From Mobula birostris (taxonomy: Eukaryota), in assembly GCF_030028105.1 (NCBI RefSeq), contig NC_092371.1, positions 97,119,064 through 97,183,063 on the forward strand: a stretch of DNA of 64,000 nucleotides. Direction: 5' to 3'. Below are positions 38,450-51,281 of the stretch, piece by piece; within the stretch, counting starts at the first letter, position 1, and each line of letters starts with the position of its first letter. Under the pieces are notes generated by a model that saw nothing but the letters and a program-made list of their open reading frames with translations, was not told the origin of the DNA and did not search any database. A program made the position numbers and the translations under genes.

Positions 38450-41400
38450 GGTTCCGAGTCCCAGTCAAGACCCAGGTTCTGAGTCCCTGTTCAGTCTCTG
38501 GTTCGGAATCCTTGTCCAGGCTCCTAGTTCCAAGTTCCCCGTCCAGGTCCCGTGTTCCAAGTCCAAATCTTAGTCCAGGCCCTGTGCCCCTGTCTAGTCC
38601 AGGACCTGTGTCCGTGTCCAGCTTCGTTTCTTCCGGCTTCTGCTTTGCTCTCTCCTGGATTTCCTTCTGATCAATCCTTGCTTCCCGACTTCCCTTGCAT
38701 TCTTGATAATCTTTGTCCAGCTCCTAGTACTTCATTGTCTGTGTCTTGCATTTGGGTCTGCTTCAACGCCCCCTTGCAAGATGCCAAATAGGGACGTTAG
38801 TTAAAACTCTCAAATGGAAACGAAGCCTACATTTCGGCTGTAAAGAACAACAAAGAATTAAACGAATACCGCTAGTCTTAAAGTTCAGTTGACTCAGCAG
38901 TCCAATTTCTCAGGCAAGGCCGAATGCGGGCAGCGAAGTGCTGCTGGTTTAAGTCTCGGCAAACTCTACGACGGCACGAATGGAGTTAAATACTGTCACA
39001 ATGAAATAATAATTGGCTGACACGTGCATATTCACGAGCTCAGTTGCCGAATCTACTGCATTGCCGAATCCCTGGTTGCGACAATTAGAGGTCATAGGCT
39101 AAGGATGAATGGTGAAATGTTTAAGGGGAACATGAGGGGGAGCTTCTTCACTCAGAGAGTAATGAGTGTGTGGAACGTGTTGCCAGTGGAAGTAGTGTAT
39201 GCGGGTTCGAATTTTAAATATTAAAGGAACATGGATAGGAGGGGTATGGAGGACTATGGTCTATGTACAGGTCGACGGGATAGTTGACACAAGGTTATTG
39301 GTGTTGTCGATAAGATTGCCGTAGTTTACAACGGGACGTTGATGGGATGCGGAGCTGGGCTATTAAGTGTCAGATGGTTTTCAATGCAGAAAAATGTGAA
39401 GTGATGGACTTTGGAAGAGCGAAAAAGGTTAAAGGGAAGATTCTTAGCAGTCTAGAGTACAAAGGGATCTATCCACGCGCATAGATCACTCAAAAGTTGC
39501 CGCGCAAGTCAATAGGTTTGTTTAGAAGGCACGCAGCCTTCATTAGTCAGGGCATCGCGTTGAAGGGCCGCAAGCTAATGTTGTATTTACATACAATACT
39601 GGTTAGACCACACTTCCGTTATTGTGTTTGATTCTGGTCATTGTAGGAAGAACGTGATGACTGTAGAGAGGGTTCAGAGGAGATTTACCATGATGCCGCT
39701 TGGATTAGAGAACATGTTTTATCAGGATAAATTGAGCGAGCTGGGGCTTTTCGCTTTGGAATGAAGTCGGTTGAAAGACGACCTGACAGGGGTGCATAGA
39801 CTAAGAGGAATAAATAGAGTGGATAGCCAGTGCCTTTTCAGAGGGAGGTAATGGCATTTTAAAGAGGACATAATTTTAAGGTGATTGGCGAAAATATAGA
39901 AGGATGTCAGAGCAATGTTCTTTACCACAGTGGTGCATTCGTGGAATAACTCGCCTGGTGTGGTGGTAGAGGCAAATATATTAGGGACATTTAAGAAACT
40001 CTTAAGCCAATGGAGGAAAGAAAAATGGCGGACTATGCGGGAGGGAATGGTTAGACTGATTTTGGATTAAGTTAAAAGGTCGGCACAACATGGTGGGCAA
40101 AAGGCTTTTCTTTGCTTTCATACTAACTGCGTCCATTTACATACTTCTATGTATAAATTACCTCTCCGTTACGCGGGCAGCTAACTCTGTGAGCTGACCC
40201 ACAACTTGAAATAAAAATGCTCCTGTCATCCATCCCCAACAGGTTTTGGATCGGCTGTCATTTTTTCATGGAAATACCAACACTTTTCGATATTGTTACT
40301 GGGAGAATTCAATCCAGCTGCCCGAGCTCCATCTGCGTGACCCATCGGTTCCATTTCTCGACGCTCCAAGTGTTCAGCAATGGAGTTGGAACTTACTACA
40401 CTCTTTGTCTTTTCCTTCGGGCCACTCGCTTGAATGCGGATTGTGAAGATGTTAGACAAAAAACGGAAGCCATGCAGACATTATATTTTATCCATTCCTG
40501 TTCATTTTCCTTTAAATCGTTTAAATATTTAGTTACTGTTTGAGTTTGTAATTGTTAAATGTATTTTAAGGATTTTAAACGTGTCTGAATGACAGCAAAA
40601 AATCAGAAATGTTTGATCGTTTGAAATGAACCGGGCCGTTTGACAAAATCTTCAAGTGCAGTTCAAAGGACGGGCCGTATTCTAGTCGTCTTATCGTCCC
40701 ATCACAACACAGAAAGTTCTGCCACACAAACTATACTCGTCCACCTGCCGTGCAGTAACCGAAATTCTTCGCGCACATAGTCTTTGTTGACGCGCAACTG
40801 GAATTTTCTTTGATATAATGTGATTTTAAAGTACTGCGCAGTTCAGAGGCCGCGTAAACATGTCCTGCTCAGAACAATGGTTGGTCCGTGCAGCTGTAAA
40901 AAAAGTTACAGTGAACGCCTTAGACCATGGATATCGACCTTCCATATTCAGAGAAAGGACATCCAGCGGCCTCAGTCCAGAGTGACTGATGAAGACTACG
41001 TGATATTACTGTTCCAGTTTCAATATCCCATGCATGAATTTCAATAATTAGTTGCATGCTTGCTCTTATTATTCATATCTTATCGAGATAGAGCAACTTG
41101 TATAACCAATTAGAAAGAAGTGACTACAATCCGTATTCTCATTTGCCTGAAGCTTATCTTTTATGTTATTTATTGGACATATTTATCTTATATTTAAGAT
41201 ACCGTTTTCTCGACCTCCATACTATGGCCACGGTGGATACATTTCATACTGAATGCTATTATTAAATAAATTCTACAAACTAATGTACAAATGTCGCTAC
41301 GCTATCTTCGGCACTATACTATTGTGAAGCCCAAAGTAGGCTTACATAATCAACCAGCGTCAGACTATATTTACCAGAAATGCTTTGGACTAACACTTTC

Positions 41401-42083
41401 AATGTTTAAGATTTTGAAACATGGGTTGTTATGTACCGTAAGCCGAAATCACCTCGAATGAAACTCATAGTTCTGAAGAAGCAAAAATGTCATTAGTTTC
41501 AACTCTAATAAATCCTACTCTGCTCTGCGCCGCTGCTTACACAGGGTTCACAAGCCCTTGTCTCCCTGAAAGCTGTAGAAAAAACACTTCCATGTACAAT
41601 ACAATGCTAAAATTGGAAATCGAATATGCCTACGACGTTCAAATAAAGCCACTATCGGGACTTCTATTAATATGCATGTAAATTTCGCTGACAAGTAATT
41701 ACACAAATTGTCCTGATGTAGCCATAGTGATTACGGTTTCTTCAGGTGGAAAATCTTCTCAATAACTACCACAACGTTAAAACGACGTTGTCTATTTTAT
41801 TTAATGGAATGCCAAAGTTTGATAATCTTCACTATCTATGCAAACTTTTGAAAAATGATACTCTTATCGGACGTATTCAACAAGGCAAAAACGCCACCGT
41901 AGATCAGGTAGATTTGAATTACTTTGGGATAAAATTACATTGATGATATTAATTTCAGAACGAATTCAATTTTAGAATGCCCAGCAGGACGTAATACATA
42001 TTTCCCCACGATTGAAATATGTGTCAGCTACAATCGAAAATGTAATATCTGTACATGAAATTCATTTGTTTTACTTTAAAGAA

Positions 42084-42415
42084 TCAGCGTATAAACATAT
42101 TGTATTGCATACAGCTGGATCGCGCGATGTTTGTTTGAAATGACTCGTGTTTAACCACGCAGGAGTAATGCTCGTGTGAGTTCCAGTGTGAGGCCGGCAG
42201 AGTCAGGTAACTGCTCGCACTGAACGTGTTGTCCGTGTCCTGCTGGATCCGGCTGGTCTCAACGCCATTCCTTCTCGTACTGCCGTCCACCGTCCACTCG
42301 ATATTCACAGCGGCCGGATTAAGCCCGCTCACCAAACACACCAGGGTGGCGGTGCCCTGTCCCAGAATTTCCTCCGCATACGGTCGGAGGACGGACACGG
42401 CGGGTTTTCGCAGAT
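42084..42415 (-). pseudogene. IGLC: Ig light-chain constant exon, unit C, decaying
   Basis: Open frame, but 12-nt deletion (QATP), stop TAA changed to CAA at 42105-42107 adding QYNMFIR, and polyA signal AATAAA changed to AGTAAA (42070-42075). Confidence 0.8.
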
Positions 42416-43889
42416 CTGTAAATAGAAAGAAGTGCAGGGAAGTAAAGTATTAATTCATATAATTTGGAATCAAACTTTGTCTTTTTTTTCAGCGATTTTA
42501 CAACCGTAAAACTCAGAACGCTTGAGAACCCGGGCACAACTGAATCTCATTAATGCATTTTGATCTTCCACAAACGCATCAAAACCAATATACATCATGA
42601 ACATTAGACATCGCTACAAAGTAAAGTGAGGATGTTTTCATAACAGCGCAATTCAAAGCAATAATATAACAAATTTCGATGGAATGGCAAAACAAGTTCC
42701 GATCGGAGAGGCTTCTGATCGATTGCTGACAGAATCCCTGTAATGGTGAAATACTCTCCAGAATACATAAGATATACTTTATACATCCCGTGATACCCCG
42801 ATTCAATCTGATGTAACTGTGATATAGTTAATATTGTGACAGATTATTGGCATGTTCCATGATGTTAAAATCGTAAAGACATGAAACATAGAGCCAATAA
42901 CAAATCCCGAATGAGATATGGCAAAGCGCGTGGCAAAACTCCGAAATGTCGTCGCAGCTATCCACGTAAAAAGCAAGAGATGAGACAGTCGATTTAGTTG
43001 ACATACTGTCCCTTTGTCTCTCCTCGGAGATGCCATAATTCGCAGCAGTAAAGGAGGGATTGTGAAATGCTAAAAATCATTGAAATATTTTAATGGGAAT
43101 AAATAACACCAGTTAAAGTTTTCTACTTGGTTTTTTAAGTTTTTAGTCCCACAATTAATTCCGAAGGGGTTGTTTGGACTGGAGTAATACACACTGAAAA
43201 AAAAACCGATAACCACTCTTAGAGGTCTGAGAAATCCAGAAAATATAGATATCTGAGTCATGGTTTTTATAATGTTTTTTTTTCATTAATTTGAAAAGTT
43301 GAACCCATTCACACAATGAGATATCAAGACTACAGAACAGCATTAACAAATAAATCGTTTTACGGTAGTATCTCGAAGGAAAACACGGCGACGAGACAGA
43401 AAAGTTAAAGAGCGATTTTCCAGTGTTTCAGACCTCAGAGCTGTTAGTCAAGGAGAAATCACTCAGTACCGTAATGATCGGGTATCCAAAAATTAGAAGG
43501 AAGCAAATACTCAGTGGGCTGCCGGACTGGAGTGTTTGAAATGCAAACAAAACAGGTGGGCCGAGTGATAATTTGATAATTTGAGACATTTACACTGAGA
43601 CATTGCAGAAGATGAAACACACTGGTGAGGCCGAGGTGGCGTCTGGAGTGGCGTCATGATGAAGACAAAGTGGGTAGAACTTAGAACGTGGCATTAGAAA
43701 CTTGATGACTTCAGGTTAGTAGGTATAGAACAAGAGAATCTAAAGTAAACGTGCAAAGAATCAAGTTGAGCAAACAGAGATCGAAATTAGACATAAATGG
43801 ACATTAAACATAAGTGAGAGTAGTTGCTATGACGAAGGAGAAGGAGCTTGGGAGGCTGAAAGATCTGAAATTAGATAAGTCACCAAACT

Positions 43890-45420
43890 AGATGGACTGC
43901 ACTCCAGGGTTCTGAAGGTGGTAGTTGCATAGATTATAGATGCATTTATAACGATCATTCAAGAATGGGTCCATGGGTCCGGAGGACTGGAAAATCACAA
44001 TTATTACTCCACATTCTGAGAAGAGAGGGACGAAAAATGCAGGAAATTATGGGCCAGTTACCCTGACGTCAGTTAATTTCCTATTACTCGATATTTAAAT
44101 ATATCCAGATTGCTTGAATCCATTAGTAAGGGCAAAATTACTAGGTACTTGGTGGCATACGACAAAATAAGCCGTAAACAGCATGGTTCTCTTAAGGGGA
44201 ATTTTAGTTGACAAATCTGTTGAGATTCCTTGAGAAAATACTAGGCAGGATAGACAAATAAGAGTCAGTGGACGTTGTTGACTTGGATTTTCAGAGGACC
44301 ATTGACGAAGTGTCGCACATCAGGCTGCTTACCAGGATAAGAGCACATGGTATTACAGGAATGAATGGAACATTGGCCAACTAGCAGGAGAAAAGCGTGA
44401 GGATAATCTTTTCTGGCTGGCTACCGGTGACTAGTGGTGTTCTGCAAGGATCGGTGTTGAGTCTGCTACGTCACATGCTAAAGGTTAATGATCTGGATGA
44501 CGGGATTTATGGATTTGTGGCCACATTTGCGGATGATGCAAAGGTAGGTGGGGGAGTGGACGGCGTTGAGGCAGTAGGAGTCCCCAGAATGATCTTGACG
44601 GATCAGGTGAATGGGCAAAGAAGTGTCAGATGGAATACAGTGTAGGAAATTGTATGGTCGTGCACTACGGTAGAAGGAATACAGGTAGACAGGGACCGAA
44701 TTAAGAAGTCGGAGGTGCAAGGGGACTTAGAAGTCCTCGTGCAGGATTCCCTAAATGTTAACTTGCAGGGAAAAACAAGGTTAGTATTCATTTCGAGATG
44801 AGTAGAATATAAAAGCAAGGATGTAATTCTAAGGTTTTAAAAAGCATTAGCCAGACCAGATTTAGAGTATTGTGAGCGGTTTTGGGCCACATATCTAAGA
44901 AAGGATGTGCTGGCATTGGAGAGGGACCAGAAGAGGTTTACAGGAATGATCCCGTCAATGAAAGAGATGAAGTATGAGGAACATTTGTTGGTCCCGGGCT
45001 TGTACACGCTGCAGTTTAGAAGAATGGGGCGGGGGTGCGGGGAGGGGATGAGGTCTCATTTTAACCTATCGAATACTGAAAGAACTAGATTGAGTGGAAG
45101 TGGGAGGATGCTCCCTATAGTGGGAGAGTCTAGACCTGAGAGAAAAATCTTTGAATATAAGGACAGCCCTTTAGAACAGAGATAATGAGCATTTTATTTA
45201 TCCAGAAAGTGGTGAATCTGTGGAATTTATTACCAAAGGAGGCTGTGGAGACCAAATCTTTGGTTATATTTAGAACGGAGTTTTATAGTTTCTTGATTAT
45301 TAATGACATAAAAGGTTATGGGGAGAAGTCAGGAGAATGGGCTTGAGAGAAAATATACCAGCGATGATCAAATGACGGAGCAGACCCGTTGGGTCGAATT
45401 CCCTAATTATTTTCCTATAT
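43890..45420 (+). mobile_element. Degenerate CR1 fragment in the unit C J-C intron
   Basis: ATFADDAKVGG motif; collinear with 17875-19430. Confidence 0.75.
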
Positions 45421-46065
45421 TTTACGGTCTTAAGGAAATAGACATTCTCTATTGCACTTCCTTAACATTCGCAGCTCTGCTCTTGTCCCCAATAAGCTCT
45501 GGGTTCACGATAAAGTTTGTTGTTAGTAAACTATTTACATGTATATGGTCAAACATAACAACGTTCTAGGAGACCAAGGTGCACAACAGAGCAAGTATAA
45601 TTCACACACAAAATAGTGATATTATCAGAAATAAATTTTTAAAACATAACAAAATATATTCCAGATGATTGGCATACAGATGCTTCATACAAGAACTTGC
45701 TGGCTTTAAACAGGACTTCACCTCGGCTGTCTAATACAAAACCTCACTGCTGTGAATATAACTTTTAATAAAAACTCGCTAACAGCACGAAGCATTTATT
45801 CACGAAGTTATTTTAAAAAATGTTATTGCCATTAACTCGGGTTGTTTTGAAGATACTTTTCAGCTAAAATAAGTAATCGTACCAAGCAAACAGGATGCAT
45901 ATATGCTAGTTTTCTGCCTCCAGTATTCTAAAAATGAAGTGGGAAGCGTTCTGTAAACGGGATCGAAGCATCAGTGTTGATAATATTATTTCAAGGTTCA
46001 AACCGGAAAAAAGCAAACAAAATCAAAAGGTGATTATGCCCCCCTCCCACCAAATATTTACTTAC

Positions 46066-46404
46066 TGTTGAAATTCAGTTTGGTTCGTCTCCCAAAGGTG
46101 AATAAGCTTTTGCCCCAGCCACCACAGTAATAATCGGCGGGCCATTCCATTGCACGTTGGTGATGGTTAAAAGCATTTGGTTGCTCGATGAGTCCGTGGA
46201 AACGGCGAATCGATCTGGAATTCCCGATCTTCTCCTGGAGCTTCCATACCACACAAAAGTGGAGCGCTGCCGAGTTCTGCATGTACCAGCTCCTGTAGTA
46301 GCTGCCGATGCTACCCCCTGACATGGTACAAATGATTTTCACGGTTCTACCCGGAGACGCCGATACAGACGGAGACTGAGTCAAAGTCATCTCCGCGTTT
46401 GCAG
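46066..46404 (-). pseudogene. IGLV: Germline-joined VJ pseudogene, unit C; leader exon and promoter deleted
   Basis: Three 1-nt deletions put 45 codons out of frame and then restore it (ADYYCGGWGKSLFTFGRRTKLNFN). Acceptor and donor intact. Upstream of about 46420 the sequence jumps to the homologue of 28955. Confidence 0.9.
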
Positions 46405-47633
46405 CTGGCGAAAATAACAACTCCGAGGTCATGGAAGGTGTGTGTCCAGATGTCGGTTTATGATGTTGAGAGCTCAATTCTGCTGCAGTATAAGACGGTC
46501 GGGTCCGATGCTGATCTGTGACTTTGATAACGGATTATTTTGGGACTGACGATTTACCTTATCTGCCAGAACCGTCTGAATACTACCACCGTGACATTAA
46601 TGCCAAAAAAAAGAGATTCGGAAAGAGTCTAGGTTACTGGAACCTGCACTAGTCTTTGTTTAAGGAACTATTTCCCTTTATTACTTTTAAAGTTTGAAAC
46701 CCTCTTCCAAGTACTTCATAAGTTCTTTAATCACTTCATCTCAGATTCGATCATTCATTTATCCCGTCTGCAACGTACAGCCATTTGAAACATAAATGCT
46801 GATATTTCATTCATTTCTATATAATCTGGACCCATAGTGTAAACATTTAAAGCCCAACTCGTTTTTAATGACTTCTCGCTGCGCCACAGACAAATCCATT
46901 AAATGCACGCTGATGTCCTTTTATGTAAGTGAATTTCATATTCCAGATTAGCTCTAACCACGGAAGTGTCCCTCTCTGGTGTAATTTTCCTCAGTTTCTA
47001 CTTCAGTCATTCCAAGTTACATGCCACGTCCCAATTCCCATTTATTGTCCAACTGCGCAGCAGCTTGATATTCATATATTCATATATGCCAAAATTCATT
47101 GGCATTCATAGCAAGAGGATTCGAGTACAGGAGCAGGGAGGTACTACTGCAGTTGTACAAGGCCTTGGTGAGACCACACCTGGAGTATTGTGTGCAGTTT
47201 TGGTCCCCTAATCTGAGGAAAGACATTCTTGCCATAGAGGGAGTACAAAGAAGGTTCACCAGATTGATTCCTGGGATGGCAGGACTTTCATATGATGAAA
47301 GACTGGATTGACTAGGCTTATACTCGTTGGAATTTAGAAGATTGAGGGAGGATCTTATTGAAACGTATAAAATTCTAAAGGGATTGGACAGGCTTGATGT
47401 AGGACGATTGTTCCCGATGTTGGGGAAGACCAGAACGAGGGGTCACAGTTTCAGGATAAAGGGGAAACCTTTTAGGACCGAGATGAGGAAAAACTTCTTC
47501 ACACAGAGAGTGGTGAATCTGTGAAATTCTCTGCTACAGGAAACAGTTGAGGCCAGTTCATTGGCTATATTTAAGAGGGACTTAGATATGGCCCTTGTGG
47601 CTAAAGGGATCAGGGGGTATGGAGTGAAGGCAG

Positions 47634-47937
47634 TGTCACGTACCCCGTGACGGGAATAAAGAACCAGCAGAGATGGAAAGCACTTTGGAGTCTACTTTTG
47701 TTATAAACTAATAATATTTATTAGTAACTACGCAATACATTAATATGAATGTAAATAAATCAACCAGGTTAGCAATGATTATATATGTAAGTAAGTAAAT
47801 CAATCAGTGTGGAAATATACGTATGAAAAACCAAGCTTCTTCAAGTCGAGGGTAAAAAGATACAGCACAGTCTTACGATGTTGAGTAAAGTTCAGTTCAG
47901 TTCAGTTCTGTTCGTGGTATTTAGTTGAATCGCGATG

Positions 47938-48000
<63 letters not shown>

Positions 48001-48579
48001 TTGAGTCTTCAGGTGAACTGATGCCGTCGATCCTCTTGTCGTCGTCCGAAATCCTTCACAAGTCACCGACTGTGACTTTAACAAGGGGGACCGGCTTTCC
48101 TGTGGTGGAGCTATCACCACGGCAACGGTGGACACATAGACAGCTCCCCACCAGTCAACCCTTTCTCCTTCACTGGTGGAGCAATTGGATCGATCCGCCT
48201 GATCGATCCTCCAAAACCCACTTTTTCTGCGGGCACAACAATGCTTGTTCCGTGTCCAGATCATGTGTGTCAGGTCTGTATCATCTGACCTCCTATTTCT
48301 CTCACCGTGCTGAGCATCACCTGTCATTCAAAGAATCCCAGCAAGCAGATCTGCTCTTGAAAGTAACAGCAATAATGTGCTGTCGGTCACCATTGCAACT
48401 TTCGAGCTGCTCGGTGCTGTCTCCAAAGTAAAAATCCAAAGCTACCTCCCGTGCCCTAACGTGACAGTCCAACCGTCAATCTTCGTCTCTCTCTCTCTTT
48501 TCAAAACAAACCATCTGTGATAAATAACTATCTCTCTCTCTTCAATCAGTTAATAGGGGTATTCCTGGATTCCCTCACA
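47634..48579 (-). mobile_element. Gypsy solo LTR (946 bp)
   Basis: TGTCACG...TCACA termini; 4-bp TSD GCAG at 47630-47633 and 48580-48583; same family as 382-1362. Confidence 0.92.
47941..47996. repeat. (AG)28 microsatellite inside the solo LTR
   Basis: Counted directly; the homologous tract in the 382-1362 LTR (about 677-693) is much shorter. Confidence 0.95.
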
Positions 48580-49283
48580 GCAGGTACAGGGTTCTGAGTT
48601 GGATGATCAGCCATGATCATACTGAATGGCGGTGCTGGCTCGAAGGGCCGAATGGCCTACTCCTGCACCTATTTTCTATGTTTCTCGGTTTCTATATTAT
48701 TTCTGTATTTGAATTCTTGGGTTTTTTCTGCACTCTAGAAACATTACCCATAGCTCACCCATTCAGAGTCTCAATATTCCTCTGGAGCTTTTTGACTTCC
48801 TTTTCGCAATTTAATTACCTATTTGTCTTCTTGTCATCAGTGAACTGGAAGGATCTGAAGTCTTTCACAGAATCTTAGATATATCATTCTAGAGAATCGT
48901 CTCTTTATGTCTGCACTTCAGTTTTTGCCAGGCAATCAGTTTTCTATCCATGCCAGTACGTTATCACCTATTATTCTGCCCTCACTCAAGTGTTCTCCCC
49001 GCTTCCTTAACCTAGACAGACAGAGAACTCCATTCCCGGAGGAGCTGTAGTTAGAGACGGTTTTATCATTCACTAACGCGTTACAGTACGCAGATGTAAA
49101 AGGACAGTTAATCTCGGCGTTCCTGCGAAAGGCAGATTCAAATATTGACTGAAATTCCTGCGATTTCTAATAAGTGTCTCTAATGAAGGGATGAGCATAC
49201 AAGCGATTATATAATGGCCGAGCTGATGACGAAAGCTACCGACCTTGCATTATTCTGGAAAGCGATAATAACAAGCATATGAC

Positions 49284-49675
49284 AACACACATCAACGTTG
49301 CTGGAGAACGCACGTTTCAGGCCGAGACCCTTCGTCAGGACTAATATCCTCTGGGTTCCCCCCTCCCCTTGTCTTTCTCCCTGGACCTCCTGACCCATGA
49401 TCCTCTCATATCCCCTTTGCCAATCACCTGTCCAGCTCTTGGCTCCATCTCTCCCTCTCCTGTCTTCTCCCATCATTTTGGATCTCCCCCTCCCCCTCCA
49501 CTTTCAAATCTCTTACTAACTCTTCCTTCAGTTAGTCCTGACGAAGGGTCTCGGCCTGAAACGTCGACTGTACCTCTTCCTAAAGATGCTGCCTGGCCTG
49601 CTGCGTTCACCAGCAACTTTGATGTGTGTTGCTTGAATTTCCAGCATCTGCAGAATTCCTGCTGTTTGCGTTTTT
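49284..49675 (+). mobile_element. Penelope-like element fragment with an inverted partial pLTR at its 5' end
   Basis: Perfect 33-bp inverted repeat at 49312-49344 and 49532-49564; 16-bp TSD ATAACA(A/T)GCATATGAC at 49268-49283 and 49676-49691; hammerhead motif. Confidence 0.75.
49534..49569 (+). ncRNA. Minimal type I hammerhead ribozyme motif
   Basis: AGTC-CTGACGA-AGG(GTCTCGG)CCT-GAA-ACGT-C/GACT: helix I AGTC:GACT, complete catalytic core, 3-bp stem II, palindromic ACGT in place of helix III, GUC cleavage triplet. Confidence 0.8.
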
Positions 49676-51281
49676 ATAACATGCATATGACTTCTTAGTT
49701 TTGGAAGAAATGATCTCATTTCCGATCCACAATATAAACCATTACAGAGGCAGCAATAGCTCTTGGATGTTCCCAGGTTTAGATATTTCAAAGAAAGACG
49801 GGGAGGCAGTTAAAAGATGTGGAGGAGTGGCATTGCCAATCAGGGAGAGTATCGCAGCTACAGAAAGGTAGGATGTCGTGGAGAGATTGTTTATGGAGTC
49901 ACTGTGGGTGGGATCAGAAATAAGAGCGGTTGTAATCACTGGGAGTGTTCTGCAGCGCACCCCAGCCCCAACAGGAACATCGAGGAATAGGTCGGCAGGT
50001 CGATTTTAGAAAGTTGCAAACACACACATTTCTCTAATAATGATTGGCACAGCCTACATGCAAAAGATTTGGACAGGACAGAATTTGATAGGTGCGCCCA
50101 AGAAGGATTCCTGAATATGTGGATAGGCCAACTAGAAGAGAGGCCTTACTGGATCTAGAGCTAGCCAATAGAACAGGTCAGGTGTCAGATTGCTCGTGGG
50201 TGATCACAACTCCCTGATTTACCATAGCCTTGGAGAGGGATAAGAGCAGACGGCATTGAAGGAGAGGGAATTATGATGCTGTTAGGCAGGAACTTGTGAG
50301 CAGAAATTGGGAACTAATGTACGCCGGGAAATGAAGATGGGAATGTGGACGTTGTGTAGGGAGCACGAATGGGGATCTGGGTAGGGTTCTCCCAATTGGA
50401 CATAGATGGTAGTCTGAAGGAAGCATGGTTGACAAGAGATGTGAAGCATCCCGTCAAGAGGATAAAAGAAGATCACTTAATGTTTATGAAGCAAAGATCA
50501 GATAGGGCTCTAGACAGATACAAAGTAGTTAGGAAGGAGCTGAGGAATGGATTTAGGTGAGCTAGGAGGGATTGGCTAGTATGATTAAGGAAAACCTCAA
50601 GACGCTCTACAGGAAGGCGAAGAACAGAGGGATGAATAGATTGAGTAAAACAAAAGGAACCATGTGCTTGGAGTCGGAGGAGATTGAGGAGGTATTTAAT
50701 GAATAGTTTTCTTCAGTATTCACCACTTGCGTATGGACAGCATAAAACAGGCTGACATGTATAGAACATGTGACGGTAAGAAAGAGGATATTCTCGAACT
50801 TTTGAAAAAAATACATAAGCCCCTGAGGCCAAATGGGGTATACCCTGGTTACTATGGGAAGCGAGGGAAGGGAATGTTCTCTCTTGGTGATATCTGTCAG
50901 TAGCCACTGGAAATGTACCAGAAGATTGGAGGGTCTCAAACGTTATAACTTTGTTGAAGAAAGGGATTAGAGATAACCCTGGGAATTATAGACCAGTGAG
51001 CATCATGTCAGTGGTGGTCAAACTTTGAAAATGATTCTTAAAGGCAGGATCTGGGAGCATTTGGAGAAGCATACTCTGATTACATACAACACGGCTTTGT
51101 GAGTTACAGTTCAGGTCTCACGAACCTGATTGACTTTTTCGGGAAAGTGACTCAACAAATTGATAAAAGTAGAGCGGTAGATGTGACGTACATGGATGTT
51201 AGTAAGTCGTTCCTATATTGTGTGCTGCTTGGGACACCTTCCTACCTTCAGCAAAGATGTCAACAAAATTGAAAGAGTACC

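Larger units (their letters stand above)
37208..38781 (+). mobile_element. Tandem-repeat-rich solo LTR nested in the previous LTR
   Basis: Starts TGTCACGG; ends near GCATTTGGGTC...; imperfect TSD GGCC/TGCC. Right boundary uncertain by a few bases. Confidence 0.6.
37088..39083. mobile_element. Solo LTR (about 430 bp of own sequence) hosting nested LTRs
   Basis: TG...CA termini; 5-bp TSD ATTAG at 37083-37087 and 39084-39088; empty site GAATTAGAGGTC at about 13854-13865. Confidence 0.8.
47098..48700 (+). mobile_element. Relatively young CR1 3' portion interrupted by a solo LTR
   Basis: LYKALVRPHLEYCVQFWSP, RTRGHS, FFTQRVVNLW-like motifs; 3' UTR resumes at 48584. Confidence 0.88.
35240..49230 (-). 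repeat. Segmental duplication unit C
   Basis: C at 42084-42415 and VJ at 46066-46404; flanks collinear with units B and D. Boundaries approximate. Confidence 0.8.

Noticed and set aside
47902-48431. ORFs with ERERER and LSLSLS tracts
   Set aside because: Translations of the (AG)n microsatellite in a solo LTR.
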